This document shows positions 24,506 through 39,318 of a stretch of DNA of 64,000 bases, piece by piece (within the stretch, counting starts at the first letter, position 1; each line of letters starts with the position of its first letter). Location: assembly GCA_028534125.1 (NCBI GenBank), contig CM052816.1, positions 52,578,001 through 52,642,000 of the forward strand. The letters are read 5' to 3'. Both the position numbers and the translations under genes were made by a program. The notes under the pieces are model-generated. The model did not search any database. It was not told where the DNA came from and saw only the letters and a program-made list of their open reading frames with translations. This stretch comes from Lama glama (Eukaryota).

Positions 24506-26189
24506 TAGGTTTCATTCCATTTTTAACTGTTGTAACACAGAGTATTACCCCATTTTTGATAATTGCTGACAGCTCTCAAGCTTCACCATTCCCCTTCCTC
24601 TTGGTCCCACGTCTGAGCAAGTTGATAAGAAAGCCTGGGGGCTCCTTCCTTTGGTGCTGGTAGGGAGTTCAAACTGTGCAAGCCCTAGACCCTGCACGGG
24701 AGCTCCCTCCCCAGCCCCACCCCGCTGCCATCCTGAAAACCCCAAAGCCAGTCTCCTTTCCCTGCTCTCTCAAGCCATCCTCAGACCAGCTGGGGAACCC
24801 ATCCTACTCTCACCAGAAAGCCTCGCTGTGGGAGTAAGATACCTTTTGAAGCCATTTTGCTGCTGGGAGTAGGGCTCTCTCCTCGTGCGCCTGTTCTTCA
24901 GGAGTGGGAGTAGGTCCTCCTATTACAGACTGCTATTTGGCATAGCTGAGTAGAAGCTTTATACATATTTGTTAATCGATATTTGAATAAAGTTAGTTTT
25001 CATTAGTTATGTCAAGTTTTCCAGTTGAATTCTTGAAGGGAATCGACATGGAAGATAATTCTTACCATTTAAAGACAGTTTAAAGGGAATATGGTTTACA
25101 CTCTAGCGTGTGAGGACATCCACCCCACAGCACTGGAGAATGTGGACTTCGGGCTACTATTTAGTTTAGTGTTGATAACAAAGGGGGGTTCTTGACTAAG
25201 TGACAGGAAAATAGCTTCTCTAGCAACTAGTTAACACACGGAAGGGCCTAGTAAATGAAGCAGGGGACTTTTGATTAGTGTGCAATTAAAATTAAAACCT
25301 TTTTTTCAGAACTCAAAAAAAGATACTTTAGCAATTAGGCACTGAAGATCAGTGAAGCAAGAAAAGAAGTATGTAAAATCACTCATTTTCAATCTCACTA
25401 AGGGTCTAAGTAGACTATTAAAAAATTCTCATTAAGCCTCTTTAATATACTTTACTAAATACTGTGTAAAAATTCCTTAGGAAAATAGCCAAAAATGCAA
25501 CTGTGAGGACATTAATTACAGATAACTATGTCTACCCAACTTGAAGGCCAGAGAGTTTGGACAACTGGCATTTCTTAAAGTAACTGCTCTGCTTCATTAA
25601 AAAATACATTAATCCATCCAAATGGTGGTTTCTGCAATGTCTAGTGGTAACAGTGACTACTGTGCCAGGAGAATCCCAAACTTAGTGCTGGATGTCTAAA
25701 TGTATTCGCCGAGAGAATATGAAGCAAAGTGCAATGAAATAATAGGGCATGAAGCAAACTTGCAAACTACACTAAAATTCTATTCATTTGTGTGTAAGGA
25801 GTTTAGAATTGGAGATAATTTGATGGGAATTGGATTGACATTCATCTATGGAAACAAACAGTTTGTAGGCAAATTAATAGTATTACTTGAATTCCCAAGG
25901 GCATATTTAACTTTACTAAAAGAACTAACACATGAAGGATTTTAGTAGTTAACTGTCCTCATGAAAATTGGTACTGCTAATTATAAATGAGCCCTAACAA
26001 GTTCGTAGAGGAGCTGGAGAGTATATATATATGTATTTTTTTTCCAACTTTAATTCTAAAATTATGTCTGTACTGCCATCAAATCACTGACAGAAGTGTT
26101 GAGTTAGAAAGAATATTTGCCTATCAATCATGAAATCTTAGAGTTTCTTCTCATTAATCAGTTATCCAACAAATAATTATTATGTGTTT

Positions 26190-27240
26190 GTTCATTAATT
26201 CACTCAACAAACATTTCTGGACAGTTTTCTAGAACGCACCACGCACTGTGTTAGACAGTGGCCCTATAACGAGGAACAAAACACAGTTCTTGTTCTCCAG
26301 CTCAGAGTCTGCTCCAAAAAACAGAGAGATAAATAATATGATAAAGGCTCTAACAGACGTGTATCCTAAGAAATAAGGAAATGCTGAGGAGAGAGCAACT
26401 TGTAGTTAAAAAGAATTAGGAGTTACTTGCTAGAAGAGCTGGCTTTTCATTGGGGTCATGAAGGATGAGGAGGCATTCTCTGCGCAGCAAAGGGAAGAAC
26501 ACTGCAAGCAGAGGGGATGCTTGTTATGTGCAAGACCGTGGAGGGAGATGTCAAGATGATGTCTGGGGTCCTGACCTGGGCTGCCTGGCAGATCATAGTG
26601 CCATTCACTGAGACTTGATGATTTGGCTCAGCTATGTTGAGGGGGAGGCACCTTCAGGACATTCAAGTGGAGCTGTCCATGAGGTGTGTAGTTTCGTGGG
26701 TCTGTAACTCAGGAGAGAGGCTTAGCGGTGTGGGTATCATTCATTTACAGGTAGCAACTAAAGCTGCAGGTGTAGATGAGGCCACCTAAGAAGCATGTGT
26801 AAGATGAGGAAAGAACACTGAGGGACACTAATGTTCAGAGCTGGTAGAGAAGGAGGAGGCAGCAGAAAGATGTAAATGAAAATTGGGAAAGCATGGTATC
26901 TGGGAGGCATGGTGAACAGTAGCAATACTGTGGAAAAGTCAAGCAAGATAAGAACTAAAAACTGTGCTTGGGCTTATCAACACGGAAGTCATTGGTGACT
27001 CTGTTGAAAGCAGCTGGATGGAGTAGTGTGGGTGAAAGGAAACCAGAGTACTGCCATTTGAAGCGTGAGAATGACACACGAGGAAGTGGAGATAATAAGG
27101 GTAATAATAAAAGTAAGATAACTTTCAGGAAGCTTGCCTGTGGTCTGAAATGTGGAGATAGGGCAGTAACTATTGGGGGAGACAGGGACATATTTTGATG
27201 TAGATAGAATAGAGCTGCCAGGGAGGGAGTTGCTGATGCG
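26190..27240. mobile_element. L2 LINE fragments
   Basis: TTCATTAATTCACTCAACAAACATTT L2 3' motif and purine-rich GAAGTCATTGGTGACTCTG...AGCAG body. Confidence 0.6.
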
Positions 27241-27391
27241 TGAGTTTTCTTAACCTAGGGGCACTGAAAGTTTAACTAGCATCATGTAGTGGTCTACTAA
27301 ATTTGATATTTTGTTTTCTTATAATAGTTTTTGTTTTCTGTGTCACATCAATCCTCTAACAGCATGACCTTCACAAGAATGAAGGCTGTCT

Positions 27392-28065
27392 TACTATGGA
27401 TAACACTAAGGAGATTCCTTAAAAAAACTAAAAATAGATTTACCATATGACCCGGCAATCCCACTCCTGGGCATATATCTGGAGGAAACACTGATTTGAA
27501 ACAATACAAGCACTTCAACGTTCACAGCAGCACTATTTACAATAGCCAAGCCATGAAAGCAGCCTAAGTATCCATCAAGAGATGACTGGATAAAGAAGTT
27601 TGGTGTGTGTGTGTGTGTATATATATATAATGGAATACTACTCAGCCATAAAAAGAATGAAATAATGCCATTTGCAGCAACATGGATGGACCTAAAGATT
27701 ATCATATTAAGTGAAGTAAGTCAGACAGAGAAAGACAAATATTGTATGATATCACTTATATGTAGAATCTAAAAAGAATGACACAAATGAACTTATTTAC
27801 AAAACAGAAAGAGACTCACAGACATAGAAAACAAACTATGGTTACTATAGGGGAAGAGGGGAGAGAGAAAGTAGGAGTCTGGGATTTGCAGATACTACTA
27901 TATATAAAATAGATTAACAAAAAGGTCCTATTGTCCAGCACAGGTAACTATAATAAATATCTTACAGTAACACCTAATGATAAAGAATATGTTTGTATAA
28001 CTGAATCACTATGCTGCACACCAGAAACTAACACAACATTGTAAATTAACTATACTTCAATTAAA
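27392..28065 (+). mobile_element. 5'-truncated L1 with degenerate TSD
   Basis: GAGATTCCTTAAAAAACTAAAAATAGA...CCCACTCCTGGGCATATATC...TATACTTCAATT(A)n; flanks AAGAATGAAGGCTGTCT and AAAAATGAAGACTGTCT. Confidence 0.92.
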
Positions 28066-28844
28066 AAAAATGAAGACTGTCTGTGTTAAGACAGTAACAA
28101 ATTTCCCATCTCCGGGGTTCATTATCTCCTATAACGTGAAGTCCAGAGGAAGAGAGTTGCAGGGGTAGTGGTGGTTCCGTGAAGTAACATTGTGGTGCCT
28201 CTGGATCAGCTCTTGGACCTCTCTCATGGTTGCTGCAACTCCAAACATCCTATCTTTACATGACATCGTACAATGGTAGGAAGCAAGGAGAGGGTGAGGT
28301 TTCTGCTTTTGTATCTCTCAACCGCCAAAGCCCTCTTCCCCCTTTTTTCCAGTGAGGAAAACCTTTCCCAGAAGCAGTCACACAGATGTCTTTCTCCTCA
28401 GGTCTTATTGTCCAGGAGGGGGTCATAGACATACCCATGTCTCGTCTGCCGGCAAAGGTGGGAAAGTGATGTTTCCAGCTTCTACTGTGGGAGTGGGCTG
28501 GACCAGGAAGGACTTGGAAAAGGAAGGTGGCTAACTGACCCCTCCACTGTGGTCACCATAGGCTCTGTGCCTGCCACTCTGAGAGCGCCCCCTGCAGGGC
28601 TGGGTGTTTACAAGGGAGTCTTTGGCAAATAGTCCTTAGTCTCCTTTGAGGATCATGGCGCGAAAAAGACAAGTAGGTGAAGTGAGAAGCGAAGTGATAA
28701 ACTGGTAAATCAGAATAGGAGGGAGAGTATGGGGGAAAAAGAACGGACTTAAGGAAAAAAGTAGATGAGCAAAAAGAGATGAAATAACTTCCATTTCAAT
28801 GGGTTTAATATGAAGAATATTTTTCATATAAAAAAAGTTCTTGA

Positions 28845-29160
28845 CCAGGGATTTAGCAAACTGTGACCCACAGGCCAAATCTGGCCCACCACCTGTTTTT
28901 ATAGAGTCAACAAGCTGAGGGAAATTTTGACGTTTTTAAGTGGTTGAGGAAAAAAAATTTTTTAAAAAGAGTATTATTTATGACATGGAAAAATTATGTA
29001 AAATTCAAATTTCAAGGTCTATAAATAAAACTTTGTTGGAACATATCCATGTTCACTTGTCCACAGCTGCTTCTGTGGCACAGTCACAAAGTAGAGGAGT
29101 TGCAACCAAGTCTGTATTGCCTTTACTCTCTGGCCCTTTATGGGAAGTTACTGTCCGCTG
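28845..29160 (+). mobile_element. hAT-Charlie MER58-like element
   Basis: CAGGGATTTAGCAAACTGTGACCCACAGGCCAAATCTGGCCCACCACCTGTTTTT...TAAATAAAACTTTGTTGGAACA...CTGGCCCTTTA. Confidence 0.75.
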
Positions 29161-30479
29161 TTCTTGGCCATACATTTTCTGAAATCCTATCCATTATGTT
29201 AGACTTAATTACTAAGCAGGAGAAAGGATGGGAAGGCAGAGAAAGCAAGTGTGAGTGGATTCCTGTGGCTGGTTCCATCCCTTACTCTCCTACTTTCTAT
29301 TGAGACCTGTGAGTTGAGGGGCTCAGGGCATGACAGTCACCTCGTGTTTCCTAGTAGCACCAGCTAATAAATATTAAATCTACTGTTCCTCTCCTTCCTC
29401 TCTCTAGGTACAGTATCCTTCCAGTGGTATTAAAATGGTCCAGCTTTTTATCAGTCTCAGGAGAAACGGAAAGGAGTTGGTCATTGACTTGAAAAATCTG
29501 TTTAATGAAAATGTGCTTCCTCTTCTAGGGAAATGTGAACTGCAAAGGTATTTTATTAGGCCATTTGAGCATTGCATTTCATTGGTATATAGCATGTGTT
29601 TCATCATGCATGCCAGTTAAAAATGAGATTCCGCCTTACAAAACTCGCAGAGATTTCCGTATGATGTTCTGGCATGTCCTTTCACAAAAACAATGCTGAG
29701 GATGGGCGTGATTGCTCGGGATGTTGATGATCCTGGCTGCTGTGTTTGAAAATTGACCAGAGGAAAGGAACAAAGACATGACAAACCCAATAAAGTAAAA
29801 GTTTCAGCAGAGAAACCAGAGGTGAGCAAAGGTGGCAGAGGAATTGGGAACAAGGAGAGAGAAGGTGGAAGGAAAGGTGAGAAGGCAGCCAAGGGTCCCT
29901 CTGGGACAAGCTTCTTATGTCCAGGGGTGTTGAGTGCTGATTCCTTTTGAAGTATCCATCAGAGTCCCATGCCCCATCTGATACCTTCATTTTTCTTTAT
30001 TGCACGCACGCACAGGCACGCACTCACACGCACGCACGCATACACTCTCCCCAGAATGTAAGCCCCTTTCTCAGTGCCCTCTGGGTGGGGCCAGGATGTT
30101 CCAATGCAGCATCTTGAAGTCACCAGTGGGGACATGGACTTTGGTGCCAGTCCTTTGAGGACTACTGTCCCTTTTATCTTGGTCATGACAGCAATCTTTC
30201 AACATTATCTGCACACCAGATAGTTAAGCAGCTAAAATCAAGGCCTGCGGGCTTGCTCCAGCACACTTTAACAGGACTTTTCCTGTGACATTATGACTTG
30301 TTTTTTTAATCTTCATTTGCATATACAACTTATGTATGTACTTGCATGCATATTCATGCATGCATATATATGCATGTGTATGCATAAGTACACACACACA
30401 CACACCCCATCTTTTCCTCTTTTCTGTGGAAGAGTCTTAGTAACCCACATAATCAATCAACTTTATCTCATTCAGATAT

Positions 30480-30660
30480 GAGATATTTGATCTCATTTAA
30501 CCTCCACCACACTGAGGTAAGATAGATGGGGTGGTTATAATTCCCACTGTACAGACTAGAAAACTAAGGAGGTGAAACGGCCTTCCCAAGGGAATGCTGG
30601 AGCCTGGACTCAAACTCAGGTCTCTGACCCTGGGCCCAGCGCCTTTTCTACTCTGCTGCA
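30480..30660 (-). mobile_element. MIR SINE
   Basis: TCTCATTTAACCTC...CCCACTGTACAGACTAGAAAACTAAGG...GGACTCAAACTCAGGTCTCTGAC, the MIR core. Confidence 0.7.
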
Positions 30661-32055
30661 CTGCCTTGGGGAAAAATCAATGTCTGATCAATGCAGAAAA
30701 CTCTGCTTCCTGGGAAGGCTAAGTGAAGTGAAGGCTTTAGAAGGAATTTCTTGTTGTTAATTTATTTCTTTCTAATGTATTATGTGAAATCCAGAACTCA
30801 GTTTTCCAGTATTTGCTTTTTCTTTCTCTACACTTTTTAAAGACCATTGCCAAAATGGTGGTGGCCACCGGCACAGTGTGTCATGACCTAGCCCTGTCTG
30901 TGAAGGAATGAGCAGGACATGTGGCAAGTGGAGCCGCACCTGGGTGTATGGCCTTGGGGAGGTCCCTTCAACCCTGGCTGGCGGAGGGGGTGCCTCTGTT
31001 GCCTCAGTGGGATATGGGCATGACGCCTACCTTGAGAATTGAATGGGAACTAGCTCCAGGATGGTGCCTGACATATTATGGCTTTCAATGAACAGGGGTT
31101 GCTTATTCGTATGTTGAGGCTCTGAGTTCAGAGACCTGGAGCCAACTCCCAGGATGTGTGAAACATTTCTGAGAAGGGCCAGTGAAAACAAGCAGGGGTG
31201 GAAGCCTGGTTAGGATTGCAGCAGGCTCTGTGGCCATACTGGCTTTGATCCCGGCTCCATACTGTGTGCCCTCGGGGAGGCATTTAATGGCTCTGTTCCT
31301 TACACTGGAGTGTCATTCATAAGGTGGAGATGCTAATGGTACTCACTGTAAGCTGAGTGGAGATGCCAACAGCACTTTTTAGGTGAGAGAATAAGTATGA
31401 ACATTTAACCCGGTGCCTGGACGAAGGTGCTTCATTGTTAGTATCATTTTTTCATGGGGTTCAGGTATTTCCATTTTAACTGAGTTTGTTAATCTGTTAT
31501 TGTCCAGTGCCTAGATGAGAGGAAATGGGGAGGCAGTAGTTGCCTTGACAATCTTTAAACAAGTAGAATATATTCTCTTCGAAAAGGGGCACCCAACCCC
31601 CTGGTAAAACAAGGGAGGGACCGCAGGACTTAGAGGAAATTTTAATTACCCGGACTACAAGCAGAATTAATGCTTTTGCTGCCTTGGTAACCTAGGGCAA
31701 AAACTGAGCTCCAAAATCAAGGGGGAGGCTGTGCTATTATATATAGAAGCACTGTAATCTCACTCCTGGATAACTGTGTGTGTGCAGGTATAGCTAGATA
31801 TACGGGCCAACTTATAGATCAGAAAACAGAGAGTTTGGGGCACTGGTAAAGGCTAAGGAAAGTCCTAGGATAGAAATATCCTCCATGTACAACCGTAATT
31901 GACACTGGGGATTAATTACCTATAATCAGGGACTGTGGGACATCATGGAATTTTAAATGATTCTGAGATTTGCTTGTTGCAGAATAAATAATGTTTGTTT
32001 ATTTTTCTTTTATTTCTTTTTTAAGATGAAAAAGATTTAAGAGATTTTAAGAGAA

Positions 32056-32143
32056 TTTTTTTTTTTTGATGGAGATACTGGGGCTTGAACCCAGGACTGT
32101 GCATGTTAAGCACATGACGTACCACTGAGCGATTACCCCCTCC
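32056..32143 (-). mobile_element. Vic-1-type SINE (short form)
   Basis: Poly-T followed by GATGGAGATACTGGGGCTTGAACCCAGGAC...CCACTGAGCGAT. Confidence 0.85.
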
Positions 32144-32789
32144 TCCTTTTTTCCTTTGATACATATTCCTGTTCATCAGTTGAGGCTGATGTTCATCCAG
32201 CTGAGGAAACTGATGGTAATCTACTCAGCTATCTAAGGGAAAGGTTTTCCCTGTTCTTAAATGGAGGCTTGTGTTAAGAGAATTGTGACGTGCTCACAGA
32301 GTGGTTTGGTCCAGAGTATCCCAAATCCATTACGATAAAAAAGAAAATGTAAGAGATGTGGGCTTTGTAGTTTGATCCTTATATAAGTGAATAAATAAAG
32401 CATGAAAAAAGGATGTATCTTACTTGTGGCTGTGAAATGTATTCATGACTTACTGAGAAGGTGTTCTTTCATGATCTAGCCTCTCTTTATGTATGTTTTT
32501 GGTACATAATGTAGAATTATGACTTTACAATGATTTGAGTAAATGAGCTTCATAAATCAGGAGAAAAGTTGGCTTGATAGAGTACTTTTTTCGTGTTGAG
32601 ACAACTATATTTTCACCTGGGTAGCTGAAATGTAAATATACTGGATTTACGCATTAAGGCCAGGGGCTTTTTAATAATGATATGATAAGGAATATTTTTT
32701 TTTGAAACCTGCTTGTGGTTATAACTGTTATTTAAATCTCTATGGGAATTGGGAGAAAAATAATTGTAACTGAACTTGTATTTGAAATG

Positions 32790-35100
32790 TCGTTGCATGA
32801 AGACTTCTGTTTTTAGTAATGTAATAGAACAAGATGCCCTGAATGAAATTAAAATTTGGGGGTAGAAAATATTTTAAAAGTTAGATGAATTACTGAGCTG
32901 TATGAAAGCAAGAAATTCACAAAGGCCAAATATAAAGTTAAAGCATGAATCTTGGGTGGTAGATGGGCACCAAAGTCAGCTTTTACACTGACAGCATCTG
33001 CCAAACCCTGGGACACTCAACTTCTGTTTTAGCAGCTTCATAGGTTGAAGGGACAAAAAACAGCCCAAGGGCCTCCTAGAGTGAAGGGACTGATGGGAGG
33101 ACCCCCTTCTCCATATAAAGCTGAGACCAGAAGGAGTCACATCCTCAGTGTAAGAGTAGATTAGAAATAAACCTCCTGTTCAGGTGGGCTAAGATGGAAA
33201 CTCGACTGGATCTTGGCTCTGGTACAGGGGAGAAAAATCTATCCTCTATGAATTTATAATTATAGCTATCCCTCATGTGTTTTTGTTTTGTTTGTTCGTT
33301 TTTGCCTTTTCCCTCAAAATTAAAAACTTTGAATGTTTTAGAACCTACAAAGAAATCAAGAGGAAAGTATGATGAACAGTTCTAGGGTCACTAATTTCTC
33401 TGTACATATATTTTACATGTGTCTGTCTGTTCATATAGATAAATATCTGGGGTTTTTTGTTTGTACCAGTGGAAATTAACTTATATTCCCTGGACACTTT
33501 ACCCTTAAATACTTCAGCAGGCATCTCCTAGAAAATGACATCATTCCATGTAATCACAGTATGATTACCTCACCTCAGAAAAGTAATGGTAATTCCATAG
33601 TATCGTTTAATATATGTTCTGGATTCAATTATTCTTGATTGTCCTGCAAATATATTTTATGACTTAAAAAGAAAAACAGAAGCTGCTCAAGTGCATTGCA
33701 TTTGATCATTCTGTTTCTTTTCATTAAGAAGACTATCCTGCTTTTCATGAGTATGGCAATGATTGTTCTGAAGAATTCAGGCCAACTGTCATGTAGAATG
33801 TCCTATCACGTGGATTTGACCAATTGTTTCTCATGTTTAGATTCAGGTTAAATATTTTTGTCAAGAATGCTTCATAGTTGGTTTTACTTCTTGTGGTTTT
33901 CTAATCCCAAATTCATGCTACTGGACTGTGTGAAAAAATACCAGATAGTGGTAGTGCCTCCTGGCAACTGAAGCCGAAGAAAATCCCCTTGGAGGACAGC
34001 ACCTTGAACTCAATTCTCAAATAGTTCCTACAGACAATGTTCCAAAAAATATAAGCCCACAAAAAATGACAAAACAGTCAAGGAAAGAAGGCACCAGAGG
34101 TGAGAGCCAATAGAAACAACAGATGCAGAATCACACTTTCACAGACTTTCAAACTTTACGGTAAATATCCTTAATACGCTTCAAGAAATAAGAGAGAAGT
34201 CTGAAAAAAAAGGACAAGAAACAAAAAAAAAATTATTAAAAAGCAATTATATTTGAAATAGAACCTCTAGAAATGGAAAATTGAATTGAAGTTAAAAACA
34301 ATGTATGAATTAAACAGCAGATTGGATGAAATTAAGAGAGAATTGGTGAAGTGGAATCTAAAGAACTTACACATAATGGCTGAGAAACAAGGTTAAAAAG
34401 AGATATGAGGAGTTAAAAGTAAAAGGAAGAGAGAGTGAGAAAGGCCATATGTCAAACTGGAGTTCCAGAAGGAGATAGTAGAAAGAATGGAAAAGAGACA
34501 GTATTTAAAGAGATAATGGCTGAGAATTTTCCAGAATTGTTGAAAGACAGAATCCCTTTCAACACCCAAATAGGATAAATAATAATTAATGGAAGCCAGA
34601 AGATATGCAATATTATTTTTAATGTGCTGAGAAAAAATAACTATCAATCCTGGAGTCTACAATTAATGAAAAGAATAATAGTAAAATAAAGACATTTAAA
34701 TACATATAAAACTGAATATAGATCCTCACAAAATGAAATGCTAAGGAATATAGACTCAGAGAAAATGAACTCAAATTAGAAGTCTGAAATGTAAGAAGAA
34801 ATGGTGAGCAAAGCTTTCATAAATAAAGAAATTTAAGTATTATATAAAATAATAAAAATGTTTAATTTATAGAATTAAAAGGCAAGATAGAACTAAAGTA
34901 CCATAAAGTTGGGAAGGAAACAATTCGATTTATTCTTAGAAATGCCCCTGTATTTTTCAGGAGCAGGTAAAAAGACTAAGCTTATATTGTATTAAATATT
35001 GAATATCTATGCTAACCTCTAGAAGAATAGGAGATGTATTGCTCAGAAACTAGTAGAAGGAAGAAACTGAACAAGGAAAAAAATACCCCCAAACACAAAA
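32790..35100. mobile_element. Old L1M fragments (5'/ORF1-like on +, with an opposite-strand L1MC-like 3' fragment at about 33330-33890)
   Basis: A-rich L1 ORF1-like text GGAGTTCCAGAAGGAGA...AGATAATGGCTGAGAATTTTCCAGAATTG and GTGCTGAGAAAAAATAACTATCAA. Confidence 0.65.
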
Positions 35101-37329
35101 TTCTTTTGATTTTCATGATGCTAAACTATATCATGGGATTCTGTCATCCACATCACTGAGTTTTTCTTATATAAAGATATAAATAAGAAATTTCTTTCTG
35201 CTCCAAGTATCAGAAAAAGCTTGTTTATTTTAGGAGGTTTCTTTATGGGTAATAGGTAATTTTGTAACTATCATGTTTTCATTTTTGCTTTTGTCACCTG
35301 GAAGCCCAGCCCTAACATTGACCTTCACTTTAATAATTACATAGAAACTATCTTATCTATCTTTTAATTCTCCCTCCCGTGTTGATTATCTAACATGTAT
35401 TCTTTTTCTGATCCTGATTTTCATCTCACGTTCTTGTCCTAAATGCTATGTAGAACAAATTAGGTAGGAATAAATAAATATACAGTTGAGTGGATCAATA
35501 AGTAAAAATAAAATTATTAAAGCAAATGAAAGATTGAAATCTGGAAAGTGGTAACTATTGCTCTTTAGTCTTCTTCACTACTGACAGCACAGGAAGAATG
35601 ATATGGATTAATCTACCCTGTTTGAATGAGTGCATCCAACGTTGGAATTCCAAGCAGTCTGCCTATGCTTGGGGTCTTTAGCAGCTGCTTGTGGTACAAA
35701 CCACCACCAAGATGAGCAAAATCTACTATGAGAAAGAGAAATGAAAACTTAACTACTGGCCAACTTTTAGAACCAGTAGTTGTTCTAAACATGATAATAT
35801 ACGTATACATGTTTCATCATAGATGAACAATTTTAACTCTCAAGTAGAAAGGTGATGGAGAAAGAACCTGTCCTCCTTTGATATAATGAAGCTGATTATG
35901 GCAGTTGAGTTTGTTAGAAGGTTTCTTCTCACTTGATTCAATTTATGCTAAAAATATCCTTTCTCTGAGCAATCCCACTCAGAAAATCAGTGGAGACATT
36001 CAAAAGAACACAGAAAATAAAAATGAAATGAAATAAAACAAAATGACATTTTAAGACTGCAGTGTAGGTGTTATATGGGAGGAGGGCAACCGTGGGGTGA
36101 CCTCAAGAATTAGGCTATGCAAAGAAACAGCCTTTTGTCAGCTGAGCACGCATAATGGGTAAATCCAGTATGCAGCCCCAACTTGTAGAATAGAGACTTG
36201 ACTTTAACCTGTCCTCATGAAAGATTTTAACACATTTAAGGAAAGACTGGGACAGTCAGAAAGGAAACTGGTCAGCACTGAAGTTTGGGAATGGGTGGCA
36301 TGGGAGGAGTCAGTGAGGCAAAAGTTGGCAGTGGACTCGTACGTTGTCCTGGCCCCAGACACAACGCTTCTGGTCCAAGGGGCAGACAGGCCACGTGGTG
36401 GAAAGGGATGCGTCAGGTAATCATAGGCTGACCCCGTTCAATCTCATCCTCATTGCTTGCCAAGCAACTTTCTGTTAAATTGGCTGCCTCGCAGTTTGTC
36501 TAAGAACGTACTTGCCAGGCTGAAGCTAATGTCAACCTTATAAAACACACCTTGCCATTTAATGACAATACAGGCAGTCTTCAGCCTCCCTGCCACAATG
36601 ACAAGAAATGGTGGCTTTTATGTTAGGTTCCAACCCCTGGGCCAGTCAGTAGCAGGAACTGGTCAGGCTGCTTTGTTCAGGATGAGGGGGAGCAGGCGGA
36701 GTTTTCTTAGTCTCTTTCCTCTCCACACACTGTTATTATGTAAGAAGTCCAATTACCTCTCATAGAAAGTGATACATTTGTATAAGTGCTATCTGCTTTG
36801 TGCCTGATTTGGGTGAGTATAACTACTGTTTTTTTCTTTTTTGGTAGGAACAATCATATTTCAGTATTTTTATCCTCTACATTAAGCGACTTGTTCTGAA
36901 ATGTAACAGGTCTTAGACAAGCATCTAATCCCAGAGGTGGACACAGACAGAGCTCAAAGTAGGGCCCTTCATGGAGATGCTGCTTTATTCGGTTCCTCTA
37001 GTGGCATGGGGTTTGGGGCAGCAGATTGGAAGTGTGCTCCTGGGAACTTCTTCCTGCAGAGCTCTGGGAAGCCAGTCCTGGGCTCATTCTGAAATCTAGC
37101 TAAATTTGGTGTCATCATCACTACTCAAGGGACATCACTGGATGTGAGCAAAGTCTCTGCTGTTCTTGCCCCACTTTTACCTCTCTTCTTAGCTCTGTGC
37201 TTTGTGGGTAGCTTCCTTGATGTAATAGTTTTTGATCTCAAATAGTCAACAAGCTTCACAAATGCAAGCAATGATTTTCCTTCCCTCTTGTAATTGTTCC
37301 CCAATTTCCATCCACCTTTCTTCCCTTTA

Positions 37330-38140
37330 GGCAAGGATAGGGATATGGCCTCTTAGCCAAAGACTGTATTTCCCGGCCTCTTTTGCAGCCATGGTGGCCA
37401 TTGTAGACATTCTTGATAAGGAGATACAAGGACAAGGGGCTCGTGCAACTTCTGGGTCACATATTGTCATGGGTGCTGTGTTGAGCTGCCATCTAGCCAT
37501 CTGGGGGTTGTTGGCGGATGGCCCTCTGAGAATTGCCTGAGCTGGAAAAAGCCATCTCATCCAAGGTCATGCCCCCTTTCCTGGAGCAGCTAACTCACAA
37601 CCACTAACTGGTCAAGGGATACAGAGGCCAACTTCCCGTTCCAACTCTGAAGGGCCTCTCTGCTTCAGGGCTAACTACAGGGTCATTTGAGGCCTGGTTG
37701 TGACTGTCCTGCAGCCTACTTCTCCCTCTGCCCAATTCTGCTTCCTTCTGTCCCCCACACAGAGGCTGATCCCAGGAGCACTCCCTAACGAACCTCCTAC
37801 ATGCTAATGCCCATCTCAGATTTCCCGGGAAACCCACATCTTTAAAAGAAAGCTATTTGCCTGCATCTCTGCCTACATTTCTACAGGTTGGAACACAGAG
37901 GGGTGGTGGTGCAAGTTTTGACTGTATGAATGAGGAAAATGCCTTACAGGGTGGAGGAGCAACAAGATAGAAAGTACATGGGCCCCTGATGACGTCATGG
38001 GTCAAATTCCCAAGGAACTTCGGACCACTGACCACCTACATGACTCTAGTCTGTTATGTGAGAAAATGATCAACTTTGATCTTATTTGATCCACTCTGTT
38101 GTGGCGTCTCTACGTTAGAGCAGCTTAGCCTGTATCCTAG
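37330..38140 (+). mobile_element. Old MaLR (MLT1G/H-like) LTR interrupted by an ERVL LTR16-like element (about 37465-37835)
   Basis: MLT1 motifs TATTTCCCGGCCTCTTTTGCAGC and TTATGTGAGAAAA...CCACT on either side of LTR16-like CCCTGCCCAATTCTGCTTCCTTC...CTCCCTAACGAACCTCCTACATGCTAAT...CATCTCAG. Confidence 0.62.
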
Positions 38141-39318
38141 GAGTTGGAGAAAGTGTGATCAATTCTAGTCACATAATTTAAGACCTTGTAGACCTCAGTG
38201 AGGACTCCGGACTTTATCTTAAGGGCATCGGGTCTTTGCTGCGTCCTTAGGCATTGCGTATATTGTTTGTCTAAGACAAAACTGTGGACCAGAACTGAGT
38301 TGCTTTGCCCTTACAGCAGAATTGGCTTGACATATGTTTTTTGAAAAGTAACTTTAGTGGAGTATTTGCCTAAATTTAGTTACAATGACACAGTTATTAG
38401 GACTGTTTTGCATTATCCTCACAAAATACAAATTTGTAGACTTCAAATTAATAAAGGCAGAAGAAGAAGTTCATGTGTTCTTTTTGGCATTTTGTTTGAA
38501 CCACTGTTCTTTTGAGTCTCTTTTTACTGGAAGTAGATTTGATTTTTTTCACTGCCTGGTCTGGCAGCCCTGTAGAACTTGAGTGGAAAATAGGATTATG
38601 CTGAAAATTCCTTGGAGGAAGGAATGATTAGTGACTCTATACGACTAAAGAACAGTAATTAGAGCCACCAAGACTTGAAAGGTCAAGTCTTTAAAAACGT
38701 CCCCATAATATGTGTAACCACATTACTTTCTTGGTTTTAGATAGCAAACTAAAGTCATATGTTTTCCTGGGGAAAACAGAAGCAACAACAATGGTAGCAA
38801 AATTCCCCGTCAGACTGTTTTCTGAAAATCAAATAGTAAACAGTTTTCCCACTCTGGTTTGTAACACAACTCTTGGCAATTTGTTTGTTTTGGACACACA
38901 CACACATGATTATTCATCTAGGTGGTCTAGGTTGGAATTTCAGTTATTGCTATCCAAATAAAACACTCCTTTTCCAGAAATCAGCAGCCTCTGGACTAGC
39001 TGTTCCCTCAGAGCCCAGAGGAAGGCTATGCTGGGAACCTGAGCCTCCTCACAAGTACATTCTACCATCCTTTTCTCTCGAAGAGGAAACAGAAGCTTCT
39101 CTACGAGACCCTCAGAGTGCAAAACAACCCCACGTCCATCAGCTCTTCAACTCCTCAACCATTTCCCATCAGTTCTCCATTTGTACCTCTCCCAAGATGT
39201 TATGAAATGAAAACTGCATAAAATATGGCTTCTTCTTTCTTCAAGACCCAGACAGGCCAGTTTTCTCCTGAGATACCTACACCCTACTTGCTTATAAATA
39301 AGCTTCTTTCCTCATAAG

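Noticed and set aside
27428..27437. MEF2-like CTAAAAATAG
   Set aside because: Part of ordinary L1 sequence, so no evidence of regulatory selection.
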